DNA of 64,000 nucleotides from Saccostrea echinata (GCF_033153115.1 NW_026889751.1:12152001-12216000); one strand, 5' to 3'. Positions 39,845-52,571 are shown, counted from the first letter of the stretch. Numbers and translations are program-made. Notes: generated from the letters alone by a model not told the origin.

Positions 39845-40425
39845 TTCGACTCGATAATTTTCCAGTGAACTTGAAGTAAAAAAAATACCACAGAGTCTGA
39901 CACATCTGTTTCATATTTGGCTATTTCTAGATAAAGACGTTAATGGTAACCTAACAACAAAACTTAATGATAAACATGATGACTTCAACTTTTCTATCAT
40001 CAACTTCCTTTACTTATGAAGCAATATGAACTTATCATCTGCATATGGGGTTTACATTGTCCTGTTGATTCGATACGCAAGAGCATGCACCACGTACGAA
40101 CAGTTTCTAAAATGAGGCAAGCTATTGAAAAACAAGATGATGAAATAAAGATATCAACAGTCTCGTTTAAAGTCATCATTTCGCAAGTTCTATCGTCGAT
40201 ACAATGACCTAGTCAGCAAATACAATCTGTCATTAATGCTGACTGACGTTTTTCATAGTAATTGTTAGGCCATTATTTAAACACTGAATTGTCAATGGCT
40301 TTTTCCGTTCATGATAATGAGCACACGGCGGATTTAACCGGTCGACAGGGATGCTTACTCCTTCGTGGCACCTGATCCCACCTCACAGGTCTGTGTTTGC
40401 TCTTTCATCCGATTTGTATTGTTCA
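39845..40425 (+). mobile_element. Penelope-like retroelement 3' fragment: decayed RT palm/thumb and 3' UTR, with RT at the C-terminus as in Naiad-type PLEs
   Basis: Interrupted translation TTESDTSVSYL...NGNLTTKLNDKHDDFNFSIINF...SAYGVY...LIRYARAC...SRLKSSFRKFYRRYNDLVSKYNLSL...DVFHSNC*, with several stops and frameshifts. No endonuclease follows the RT. Confidence 0.8.
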
Positions 40426-40801
40426 TCATTTAAGTACAAAGAGAGGAAACACAACTGAACTGCAGTTTCTGTAACACAGCTAAAACTTTATAAATACGGA
40501 CAAGGAACAAAGCTAAAAAAAAAAACAAACAAACAAACAAACAAAAAACAAAACAAAAACAACAAACACCCCCCAAAAAACACTATATTATCGTATTACG
40601 CCTTTTCACTCCCTATAAGGGTATACACCATACTAGTACGAGGGTTGATCCAAAATGTCATATAAAATATAAAATACATATAATGGCATAAAAATTTTAA
40701 CATTGGAAGTTATCAACAAAATTTTTAGACTAATACTTCTATTCATTTTGACTGTTGCCTGAATATTTCATTTAGATGCATACAATGCTTTTAAAAATAT
40801 T

Positions 40802-41504
40802 TAAGGAATCACTGTCTAGTTAGTAGAGTATGCCAGGGCATCAACGATAGTTGGAAACGTGGGATAATTTGCATAACGGGCGAAGCCCGTTATGCATAAA
40901 TTATGATAATAGGGAAAATTATGATAACAGGGTAATGGGGACCGTCCCGCCATTTTCGCGAGTATAATTACAAACAAACAAAAAAACAACCCCCCCCCAA
41001 AAAAAAACATTGTATTATCGTATTACCGTATTACGCCTTTTCACTCCCTATAAGGGTATACACCATACTAGTACGAGGGTTGATCCAAAATATTTCCATT
41101 TCTATTTGTTTTCTCTGTGATAACTCTTTGAAAGTAGGAGAGTTGATTTCTTGATCATGCTAACGGAATGCGAATTTCGCCAAGCGAAAGACCAGGAGCT
41201 GAGAAGGCCGAATATGCATGTAATTCTCGTGCGGCTGTCTTTGTGTTTGACGTCAGTGAGCGGGGACTATTGAAATTGCCATGTGAGGCCTCGTGTAATT
41301 TAAATCTATTAGTCTACATTTTTTTTTAAATCTAAATTTACAATTTTATTTCACAATGAAATGGAAATATAAGGAATCACTGTCTAGTTAATAGAGTATG
41401 CCAGGGACATCAACGATAGTTGGAAACGTGGGATAATTTATGCATAACGGGCTTCGCTCGTTGATGCCCTGGCATACTCTGCTAACTAAACAGTGATTCC
41501 TTAA
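40802..41504. mobile_element. Palindrome-rich non-autonomous element with ~45-bp inverted ends, within a rearranged block
   Basis: TAAGGAATCACTGTCTAGTTAGTAGAGTATGCCAGGGCATCAACG at 40802, a direct copy at 41370, and an inverted copy CGTTGATGCCCTGGCATACTCTGCTAACTAAACAGTGATTCCTTA ending ~41503. Confidence 0.65.
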
Positions 41505-41807
41505 ATGTCATATAAAATATATAATACATATAATGGCATAAAAATTTTAACGTGGGAAGTTATCAACAAAATTTTTAGACTAATACTTCTATTCATTTTG
41601 ACTGTTGCCTGAATATTTCATTTAGATGCATAAATGCTTTTAAAAATATAAACAGGTTAGGTTTCGTTTATCGCCGTAACAACGTTACCGTCGTCATTTC
41701 ACGTTACTTTTCAGCACTCATATTCGGTTCATCCACAAATCCACAGGGGAATGGGGACCGTCCCGCCATTTTCGCGAGTATATACTTAACAAATACTTTA
41801 CAATAGA

Positions 41808-42646
41808 AAAAAAGAGCCCCAAGGGTCTTAAGGGTCAACTGAGTATAATACAACACTGTAAAGAATCCGTAAATTGGAAGAATAAAACAAAAAGAAATAA
41901 ATTGATTGCCCAAAAAGCAATAGAAATAAGATGCTCAGGGATCAACAAAATAGTTAGTCAAGTATTCAGTAACAAATCAAAAAGTAGATCTATTTACTTG
42001 CCTGTACTTGCCACTGATAATACACTCCATTTGTTACTATCAACTAAATAATTATGCTAATCTCACAACCTCTCAGATACTTACCATTAGTAAGTATAAA
42101 TACCATTAAAAACTTGAAAGTACTTTAAGTATTATACATTAATTTTTTTCAGTAATTCTTTAATTCAATTGACCTACTTATCTCATTATTATCAGTGATT
42201 ACCATAGGTGAAAAGCAAAAAGGAATAACTTCTCTCAGTACAATATAAATTTCACTACAAGATCAATAGCACCCTGCCAAGCAAAAGAACACTTGCCCTT
42301 GCTCATTACAACTTTGTACTCTGTTTGCCTCCTAGATTTTCAAAGATTTTTCACTATATAATCAATAGACTCTCATCCTAACACCATAAACCCTGACCCA
42401 GAGGTCCTTACTGTCATAGTTTGGAAGAAACACCCTTGCTCATAATAACCATGTACTTAAATTATCTGCTAAATACCCAGGAGCAAAGAAGATTTTCAAA
42501 GAATTGATGCATTTTCACTATATCATCAAGAGACTCACTCTAACATCAGAGACCTGACCCTGGGACCGTCAAATTCACAATTTCGAAAAAAGCACCCTTG
42601 CTTATCATAATCATGCACTTAGTATGTTTGCTAAATACCCAGGGAA

Positions 42647-42680
<34 letters not shown>

Positions 42681-43541
42681 CACTTTAAAATCAATATAGC
42701 CCCAACCTAATACCACAACCCCTCGCTCTTGGGTATTAATTCATATTTTTGGAAGAGGCATCCTTGCTCATAAAACCATGCACTTGTGTCTGCCAGATAC
42801 TCAGGGACAGAGAGGAAGATTTTCAAAGAAATAATGAATTTTCACTTTATAATCAATACAGAAACACCCTTGCAACGGGGCACCTAATCATTTAACAATT
42901 TTGGAAGAGGCACCTTTGCTCATCATAACAATGTCTTAGTATATTTGCAAAATGCTCAGGGACAGAGAGGACAATTTACAAAGATATAATGCTATTTCAT
43001 TATATAATCAATAGAGCCCCACCCTAACACCAGAACCCCTGACCCAGGGACCATGATATTTTCTATTTTGGAAGAGGCATCTTTACTCATCATAACCATG
43101 CACTTATATTCTTTGCTTAATATACAGGGGCAGAGAAGAAGCTTTTAAAAGAATTTATGCAATTTCACTATAAGATCAATAAAGCCGCACCCTAATTACA
43201 GAACAACTGAACCTGGGACCGACAGTTTCACAATTTTGGCAGAGGACTAATTGTGTTATAATCATGCCAATACTTGGACTGCTTAATGTCTGCGAGTAGA
43301 TAATAAGATTTTTGAAAATTGCATTTATTTTGATGGTTTTGGTCCCATCCTTCAGGCCCAAGGGAGAAAGGTATCATGAAATTCACAATTATTGTTTCCC
43401 TTTGTCCATATATGCTCTGTACCAAAATTTGTTGAGATTGGTTTTGCAGTTTATGAGAAGAAGCTGAAAATGTTCAAAAGTTTACATTAGGCAGATGAAA
43501 ACAGATTGCAATAGGTCACCTGAGTGACTCAAGTGACTATA
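41808..43541 (-). mobile_element. Second, more diverged copy of the Helentron-type HINE with about 6 degenerate ~168-bp monomers
   Basis: Same ends as 2596-5931 (AAGAGCCCCAAGGGTCTTAAGGGTCAACTGAGTATAATACA; TAGGTCACCTGAGTGACTCAAGTGACTA) and the same monomer motifs GAAGATTTTCAAAGA, TTTTCACTATATAATCAATAG, GGAAGAGGCA. Confidence 0.85.
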
Positions 43542-43970
43542 AATGCTAATTAATTAACATTTGTGCCCCTCAATAATTTTGCCATATGTAGAAAATAAAT
43601 GTAAGTTAGAATTTTGTCCCCTCAAAAATAATGTCTGATGAAGACTAGGTTGTATCCCCCCCCTCCAAAACTTGAATTCCCTCCTATGAGCAAGATAGAT
43701 CTACATACCTATTTAATATACTGTGCTTAAAATATAAAAATACACATCTTGCAAGTGCATATTATATATTTCATTAATATACAATCTTTTTTATACAAAA
43801 AGTCAAGACTGTAAAAACAATGATTGGGTTTAAAAAAAGAACACATTTTCTTGATATCATTTGAAGGAATTTGACATTGTAATTTTTACTGACATTTCCT
43901 GCCTCTCAGTATAAATCACAGAAAATTTTGCTTTCAATGATAGATATATATCTTCATTCTAATATAAATA

Positions 43971-44731
43971 GAACAAGAGGCCCATGGGCCACAACACTCA
44001 TCTGAGACATTTTGGCCCTGCTGTTCTGAAACAGCTTTTTTCCCCAATATACATGTACATGTATCCATTTCAAAATTTTGATCATCCTTTGTGGCCCCAT
44101 CCTATACACAGGGGCCTTGATTTTACCAAAATGAATCTACACTACCAGAGAATGCTTACACCTTAATATGATTCATCATAGCTTTGCTGTTCTTGAGTAG
44201 AGGAGTTTTAAAGATTTTCCCCTATGTAATCCCTATTGTGGCCCTACCTTTCCCCCAGGGACAATGATTTGAACAAATAATAATCTACACTGCCTCAGGA
44301 AGCTTCCACATAAGATTCAGCTTTCCTGGTCCAGCAGTTCTAAAGAAGAAGATTTAAAAAAAAAATCCTAAATATTTCAATGTAAAACTTTGGTTTCCTA
44401 TTGTGGCCCAACCTTACCCCCAGGGGACATGATTTAAACAAATAAGAAACTTCCACATAAGTTTCAGCTTTTCTGGACCACTGGTTCTTGAGATTTTTTT
44501 AATGACCCAACCCCATTTTTTCCATTTCTTGATTATCTTCCCTTGTAAGGGGGCTTGGTCCTTCCTTTTAACAATATAGAATCTCCTATGCTTTGTACCA
44601 ACTTTGGTTAAAATTGACCCAGTGGTTCTTGAGAAGAAATTGAAAATGTGAAAAGTTTACAGGTTGTGGAACGACTGACACTGGGTGATCAGAAAAGCTC
44701 ATTTGAGCTTTCAGCTCAGATGAGCTAAAAA
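43971..44731 (-). mobile_element. Helentron-type HINE of a related family with about 3 satellite-like monomers
   Basis: AACAAGAGGCCCATGGGCCACAACACTCATCTGAG end; repeated CCTATTGTGGCCC...CCCCAGGG blocks; terminal hairpin AGCTCATTTGAGCTTTCAGCTCAGATGAGCT. Confidence 0.8.
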
Positions 44732-46201
44732 TTATTTAATACTTTTGATAAAAATTTTTTTGGGAGTGTTACTTTTAAGTTTCTGGGTATTCTGTTCTTC
44801 TAAAATTTATTTTTGAATTGGCTACATTTTTTTGAAATCTTTTGAAACAGATATTTTTCTGCATCAGATTGTCTGTTAAACAAAGACATTTAATGAATAA
44901 CCAAAAACAATACAGATGAATATTGCACTCAAAGTGAGTTAACAATTTTGAAGTCGTACATTCCAAGCCATTTTGACAGTTGTTGGTTTGTTGCTGTAAT
45001 GCAACTCCCAGGTTCGTTTTTGTATTAAGCTTTCCTATGTAGGTGTAACATGACAAAGCAACTGCAAGTATCAAGTGTTGTTGACTTGAATTAAAACATT
45101 TACATATTTTTGACTCCAGTAACTTTGAAATAATTTTATAATTATCCATAGGATTACAATACTTACTTAAGCAAGAGTTATGGAACTTTCCTTAGAAAAC
45201 AAAAAAAGTAACTTCGTTTTCCAGATCATTTATTTTTATGTATCAGTTCAATGACAACCATACAAAGAATTATAAGAATATGAAATATGTAGCAATATCA
45301 CACATGATTTCATTTGATATTTAATATAACACTGCAAACTTGCATACAATACCATGACCATGCAAGCTCCAAGATGGTATGAAAACTTAATTATGGGGTG
45401 GAATGTTTGAATCAAAGGGAAAAAAAATAGGATCAAAATGTGTATACACAATAAAATTTACACCGTTTTGTTTGTTGCAATTAAAAACACACACAGCAAC
45501 AATAATGCAAAATATTTACTCTCATACATATACATATATATTGTACAATAATTATTCCTATTAAGTTCATATGCACCATAAATATTTTTAAAAATGAAAA
45601 AAAAAAATGAAAGGCCAAATATTTAAAACATTAAAATAGTTAAAAACTGGTCACTTTATTTCTGAATTTATGCTATGAATTAAAGGGTTGCTGGGACAGC
45701 AAGCATTATTTGGTTGTACAGATAGGTATACTTGCAGTGCAAAGAAATTTTCATATTTAGAATATACACATTAAATTTTTGCATTCTAACAGAAAATATA
45801 AAAAGAAAAAGAAAAAACCCACTAATAATATGATAATATGTCCACTTTCTGCCTTTGAGGCTATATCTAGATATGGCTGTCTTATCTTAATGAATATACA
45901 TTTATGATTGACAGCTACAATCTAATTTATCACCATAGAAATGAATATGAAAATGAAAATATTGCATTATATTATATCTTTCATTTATATTTTAAGTGAA
46001 ATGCTTGATTTTAAAATGAAATGTAAATTTCTATAGCTTCTGTTGCTATAACGACTTCATAGATTTACTTGTTTTACTGTTTAAAATAATCCTTAATAGA
46101 TAATCCAATTAAATAAGTCACCAAGTACTATTAAATCATGATTCACAAGATATTTCATCAAAGTTAAAACATTTGCAATAATCTAGTTCAACATACAACT
46201 G

Positions 46202-49200
46202 CTACCTATAATTATCTAGTGAAAACTGTACAGTTGTGAGTTCCATGGGTGGAATGTTTAATTCTGAACTGGGTAAAAGTGTTTGCTTATCATACATGTG
46301 TGTCAGAGAAACCTCTTTAACACTGCTCACAGACAAGTCTTTGAAAATGGAAGTTAATGATACTGAGGAACCTAAAGTACATTGTACATCTAATGTCGGG
46401 AAGCCACACTTGTAACCCCTGCGATGCAACACTAAACTGGAATTAGTATAGTCTAGTTCTGAGTTGACCAAGTTTCTCAAATGCACTAGACTGATATCAC
46501 AAGGCAGTGGGGAGGCCACCGGTAGGAATTCTTTCCTAAACATGTCTGTGGAGACAGACGTAAACAGTTTAATGATAGGTTTCTGTAATAAGTCATTAAG
46601 TTGCATACTTAGAATGGTTGGGAATGTAAATGATTCTAAACTGCTATGTTGATTTGAGATCTGCTGAGCATCTGTATCTGTTGCAATGTCTTCTCTGTAT
46701 TCTATTTGTATTATAAAGTCAGTTTGTGTTGGTCGGTTGTCCTGTACACCTTCCCCGAGACCTCTGTCATCATCATACATTAATTTTCTGTCCAACATGA
46801 CCTCAAACTGCCCAGGGTGAAGTCCAGCAACTCCATGTGACTGGGCACTATGGACAGTCAGTCTCCTATGGGCATCCTCTACAATGCCCATGTTGGTCAC
46901 TGGGAAATAATTGGATTCAACATAACGATTAGGGTTATTTTTACGTGCAATCATCTGGAACCCATTTTGGTCAGTAAAAAAGACCGAATTTCTAATGTCA
47001 GTATTTAATCTCATGATAATTTCTGAGTCGTCAAGGTTTTTCATTATGTTACCATTCATGTCCAAGAAATTCTGCACATGGAGACCATGGGCCTGTTCAG
47101 CAGCTAGACTGAAGAGCTTCACACTGTGTCTCAGATTCGGATGAACAACTTCTATCTGAGACATAAAGGGGCCCTCCATTACATGGATAATGGGAATCCC
47201 TAAATGAAGAGGTTTGGCCTCTCCGCTTGGGTAGAACAAATATGCTCCACTTCCTTGAGATTTGTAGTGCATGAAAGACAAATCCATTTTGGTTATGTTT
47301 CCTGTCCTTTTATCTTTCAAGCTTGTCAGTAAACCTGTCTTAGGATCAAATTCTGCTCTCAGGTACTCATTTTCAAGAGGAATATTTGTCTGATAACTTC
47401 CAGAATATCTGGGCTTTTCTCTCTCAAACACCAATTCTGGAGCAATGTTAAACTCCATGGAATTGAAAATAGAAATTTTTGCTGGGTAAACAGACTTGAT
47501 TTCTTCCTCAGCTTTAAATAAGTACACAACATCCAAAGATAAGGCAGCTAATTTTTTCAGAAAGATGATCTCAAATTCACTATGATGGACTGATGAACTA
47601 GTTTGCCAAACTGGATTGAGTTGATAGGGAATCTCTTCATGATCTCTTGTTTTGACAATAACTTTATCAGTGTCTACCAGTAGAGAAGTCAATTCTACCC
47701 TGGCTTTTGCCAGCGAGTTAAACAAAATGACAGGAACTCCTGTTTTAGTAACATGTATCACTCGTTTTTTAGTTACTGAGTCATATGATGTTTTTACTTC
47801 CTCTGGCTCCAGTATCATGGGCAGCTCCAGATCTCCTCCTGTCAGGAGAAACTGAGCTGAATTTGAAATAACTTTCTGGGTAGAATTGAAAGAGTGGAAA
47901 AGTTTATTTTCATAGTCCTGCATTACATACTCTTTTGCGGTTCCTGTGATAGCATCATGGTGCAAAAATAAAGCTAGGTTTCTCCGGGACTGTTGCAGGA
48001 AATTAGAGATATCATGATAAGTATGGTATTTTACATTCCATTTTTGACTATAGCCTGTTACTAATGTATTCAGGACATCGGCTGCATGTAAATTTCTTTC
48101 TACTTCTCGACTGAATTTCTTGGCATATGGTCTTGTGGTAAAATACCCACTCCAATAAGCATTGCTTTTGTCAGAATAAGGGAAAAAGTCACCAGAGACT
48201 GTTGGGAAATTTTTATCATTATGTTGTTTTGTTTTCTGCTTCTCAGATTTTCTGAGGATTTCAAAATAGTCTTTGAGTGTTCCAAACTGTACATCAATCC
48301 TCCAGTCTTCTCTGGCATTCATGTACTGTATAAGCATGTTATAATTCTGATATTGCTGGTCCCATTCCTGAGCTGAATCATATCTGAAGTCATCACCTAA
48401 CGGAACTAGAATTGTGTCATAGTTGTAAAGACTGGCTTTTCTGCGATATTGCTCATAAAGCTGCCTTGCTTGCTCTTGAACATTTTTCAATGAAATTGGT
48501 TCTGCAAAAGTTTTCCTGTATTTTCTTTTATGAACTTGAAAGTCAAACATCATGCAGATATAGGGGTTTGGCCCACATGTGTGTTTAACTGTATACAGCA
48601 TGTAGGGCATCACATGACAAAGAATATCCAATGATCCCTTGATGTCCCAAGGTTGTCGCCATAAAAACTCCAAGCTCTTTTTCTGAGCCAGGGAGCCTTT
48701 TGTAGCTTGGTGTATCCGCTGAATGACCATATTCTCTAGTCCTGCTTTTTTCCACAAGTATGGTACGGTGCCTGAGTGGCCAAATGGATCAATGGCCCAG
48801 CTATTTTTGGGTTTGACCTGTAGATTTTCCATAATCCACTGGTGGCCTTCCATCAATTGGTCTATGATTGAGTAGTAGGATGTTGAAGCTTCATCAGGCA
48901 TCACCCATCCCCCACTAACAATCTCTAACTGTCCGTTCTTTATCAATCTTCTTACCTGAAAATAAATTATATATGTATATGCATTTACCATTAACATTTT
49001 ATCTTTGCTTTTGTATTTCAATTAAAATTGTTTCTAAATCTTTTTGTTTTCAAATAGCAAGAATTTCATTTTTTTTCTTCAACATTCTTTAACAGGAGAC
49101 CTATAGGCCACAATGTTGACAAGAGTCACCTTGGCTCTGCTTTCTTCAAGAGATTATTTTCAAAGAGTTTCTTTTTTAATATTCAAATTTGAATTCTTGA

Positions 49201-50769
49201 TCCCCCTTCTGTGTCCTCATGCTAGCCCCAAGGGGCCAAAACTTTTAAATTAAACTGAATCCACAAACATGGGAGTGCTGAATATTAAAAATGTTCATGT
49301 TGCCCTGCTGTTCTGAAGAGAATTTTTGTAAGATTTTTTTCTTTATATTTCATGTAGTAAATATTTAATCCACTATTGTGACCCCATGCACCCTAACCAA
49401 AAAATTCATGATTCGAACATACTTGAGTCTAACCTACATGGGGATACTTGCATAATAATATGACTAACTATAGCCCTTCTTTTTCTTAATATAATTAAAA
49501 AATATATTTTTCCTTATATATTTTTTTATTTCAAAATTTGGTCCCCTATTGTGGCCATATCCTTGCTCTGGAGGCCAATATAAGAATAAATTTGAATCTT
49601 AAATACATGAAGATAATTTATTTTAATATCACTACCTGCAGCAATACTCTTTAGAAAAGACTTATAATAAATATTTTTTCCTATATTTTTCTATTTAAAA
49701 ACTTTGATCTCTTGCTGGCCCCACCTAGCCCTGGTTGTCATCATGTGAACAAATATGAATCTTCAACAATGAAGAAGCAAACAAACAAGTTTTCTATTTT
49801 CTGTCCAAGTGCATGGTTCTTCTTCAGATTTTTTTTAAATGTTAAATATGTCTTAATTATCTCCCTTTGAAAGAGGTTATGGCTCTTTGTTCGAAAATAT
49901 TTAATTCCCTTCACCCTAGGAAGACTTAATTGTAGAAAGCTTAGTTAGAATTGGCCAAGCAGGTTCTGAAGAAGTTGAAAACATAAAATACAAATGACAC
50001 ATAGCAGACAAATGCCAGACACTCTATGATTAGAAAAGCTAATAATATCTTAGTTGAGCTATCAAACATGTATGAAGCATCTCACTTTGGAACAAATTTG
50101 CTTAAATAATGAAGTTCAAATATTTAAGAAAACTGTATTAATGTTGAATCATGCTACCACTGCTTACTAAATTTCATTCTTCTGACTGTTAAATACCACA
50201 GGAAAGTTTAATATTGTATACTGCACCTGAACTTTCATGTCATCTTCCAGATCATTCCACCAAATATTGAGAAACACTGCCTCCGCCCACACAAACGTCA
50301 TGTTGGGGTACAACCTTAATTTATCTACCATGTTGTTCAGGATATTTTTGGTAGTGTACACATAATACTCTTCCAAAGTCCGCAGCCATCCTGCATCATT
50401 ATGAGAATGTGGCATCACAATGACCTTCAAGGGTTGAAGTTTTGAACCATATTCTCTTCCTGGGGTCAAGGTTGGTAGGATATAGTCACCTCCTGCTCCT
50501 AAATCATAGTTGTTCTTCAATCGCAAATCCACCAGAGAAATATTAGATTCTGCATTCAAGTGTTCATACAGGGAGCATTTTTTATTGTTAATACTTAAGT
50601 GGTCATTGCTAACATATTTAAGTCCCCTCAGAGGAGATTCTCGATATGTCAAATGATGGATGCCTTGGTTGCCCTGGATGGTTTTAGGTACATCTCCCAA
50701 GAACAAAAGGCATGTAGCTACCAGGAATAGAAAAGCACTAATGGCAACCAGTCTTTGGTGAAATTTCAT
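46202..50769 (-). CDS. MAN2A: Golgi alpha-mannosidase II (GH38, MAN2A1/MAN2A2-like), 2 coding exons, about 1098 aa
   Basis: Exons 50769-50227 and 48955-46202 with a phase-0 GT-AG intron (KVQ|VRRL). Type II anchor MKFHQRLVAISAFLFLVATCLLFLG; Zn motif PHSHNDAGW; GGWVMPDEA; nucleophile WAIDPFGHS; acid/base PLGDDFR; YWSGYFTTRP; HHDAITGT; DDDRGLGEGV. Confidence 0.95.
49090..50062 (-). mobile_element. Old, degenerate HINE copy filling most of the mannosidase coding intron
   Basis: AACAGGAGACCTATAGGCCACAA end, recurring CTATTGTG(G/A)CC blocks, and a GAAGAAGTTGAAA...ACAGAC...AGAAAAGCT end similar to 43971-44731. Confidence 0.6.
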
Positions 50770-51780
50770 CCTGTCATCATTTTCTTTCCCAAGAAACCAA
50801 GGGACAATTGCTGTTCTGTCATCGGACAATTCTGGTTCTGGAATGAAAGACAAAATGAGATGAATTTATATCAGTGCGCTTAAATACGTAAAACAATTTA
50901 CCCAAATCAATATTTCTAACATTTATACACTGCTAGACAAAAAAGTCAACATTTTTTAAAGCTATAAAACCATTTGGGAAATTTAGAGCAGTTCCAAAGC
51001 TACCAAAAAATTGAATGATATAATTAACACAAATGCTTTATCTTACCAATTAAAAGTGAGCATATTTCAAGATAGTGGCTAGAAAGTATATTGGGTTTTC
51101 TTGCAAATTTAGTTTCTATTCTTTATCATTTGGAGAAAAACCATCTGTTGAGTGGTGACACAATGTTATAAAAGACTCCATAAACCAGAAATTTCAACAT
51201 TTAGATCCACGAAATAAACCCCGTGTAACACTTTCATATTAGATAAAAAGACTCAACACAAAGCGGGCATCAGAGAATGAGCAAAAATATCTCCTGTTTC
51301 TTATTTCAAATGTAATCTTTGATGGAACCCAAACCTTAAATATTTCATGGAACTAAGAGATTACAAAAGAAATATAGCTATTATACATACTCCAAATTGG
51401 AATCAAGCACTGATGTTCAAGATTTGAAGTCAATATTTAATCTAAATTTTATAGATTTTATACAGTTTATACTCAAAGAAACAAGTAAATTTTGATTTGC
51501 GATTTAAAAATAAGATACAATTGACATTAAGTGTGCATTTGTGAGAGAAACATTTTAATGTCAAGGGAATTCCAAGAACATAAATTTTATTATTTCAAGT
51601 GGCAAAGATAACCAAAATAGATATAGGCCGTCGTAACCAACCTTCTAACCTGTAAGAATTCATCAATCTTATGTCATTATGTCATTTTAAAAACCATCTC
51701 CATATCTATGTCAACTCATAGCAGATAAAGTTGTTAATATAATTTACTTAGTTTCATATTGGTGTCAAAATATCTATCTC

Positions 51781-51784
<4 letters not shown>

Positions 51785-51868
<84 letters not shown>
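51785..51868. repeat. (TA)n microsatellite
   Basis: About 41 TA units. Confidence 0.95.
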
Positions 51869-51872
<4 letters not shown>

Positions 51873-52039
51873 AAACATGTAAAAGATTCATACTTCTTCT
51901 GATTTAGAGAGGGTATGGAGATTTATGTTTGTGAAGTTGTATTTAAATTCTAAAAGTTAAAGACCTGGTAACTTTGCATGAGAGGGTCCTTCCTGAATCA
52001 TGGCTTTCATTGAAATGGATTTTTCAAGATAAAAATGAT

Positions 52040-52445
52040 TTGTTGATTGCATGTTGTTTTACTTCTTATTCAGCCTTATAGAGATGTCACCTGCTTAAGG
52101 TGAAGTGCAACAAATTTTGACCTATGCATAGTTTTATATGGCCACAGCAGCCAGGAATCTTTATTTTGCCAATCATTTTAAATGTTATACTACCTGTGAC
52201 TTTCAATTCAAATGACAGGCAGTCGGCAAAGGAAGTTACTTCCTTATTCTCTTCAAAGAAAAGTACAGGCTTTCACCTTCATCCACTTCTCTTTGCAAAC
52301 CTTCATGTTTTGATTCTGGATGAAGGCAAAAGCTTGTCCACTTCTCTAAAGAGAATAGTTCCTACCTATGTTAAATGCCTAATGTGTGAATTGGCACCAA
52401 GATCATGAATCATGCACTCAACCACTAGGCTATCACAACCAGTAT
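52040..52445 (-). mobile_element. Old CpG-decayed copy of the tRNA-derived SINE
   Basis: TATAGAGATGTCACC...GGTGAAG...AAATTTTGACCTAT...TCTTTAT...GGCAAAGGAA...CAACCACTAGGCTA is colinear with 39485-39765. Confidence 0.55.
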
Positions 52446-52571
52446 AAATGATTGGTGTAATCAGAACTGATTCCTAACTTCTATCTGTATTAAAGCCATA
52501 ACCTCTTTTTTACTCAGAGATCATGAGAGTGATCTCATAAAATGACACCCCTGCTACACAGTTCCTTCTAG

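Noticed and set aside
48956-49021. N-terminal MKYKSKDKMLMVNAYTYIIYFQ of the 939-aa ORF
   Set aside because: Intronic read-through; the real exon starts at the tttcag| acceptor (48955) and joins the upstream exon carrying the TM anchor and Zn motif.
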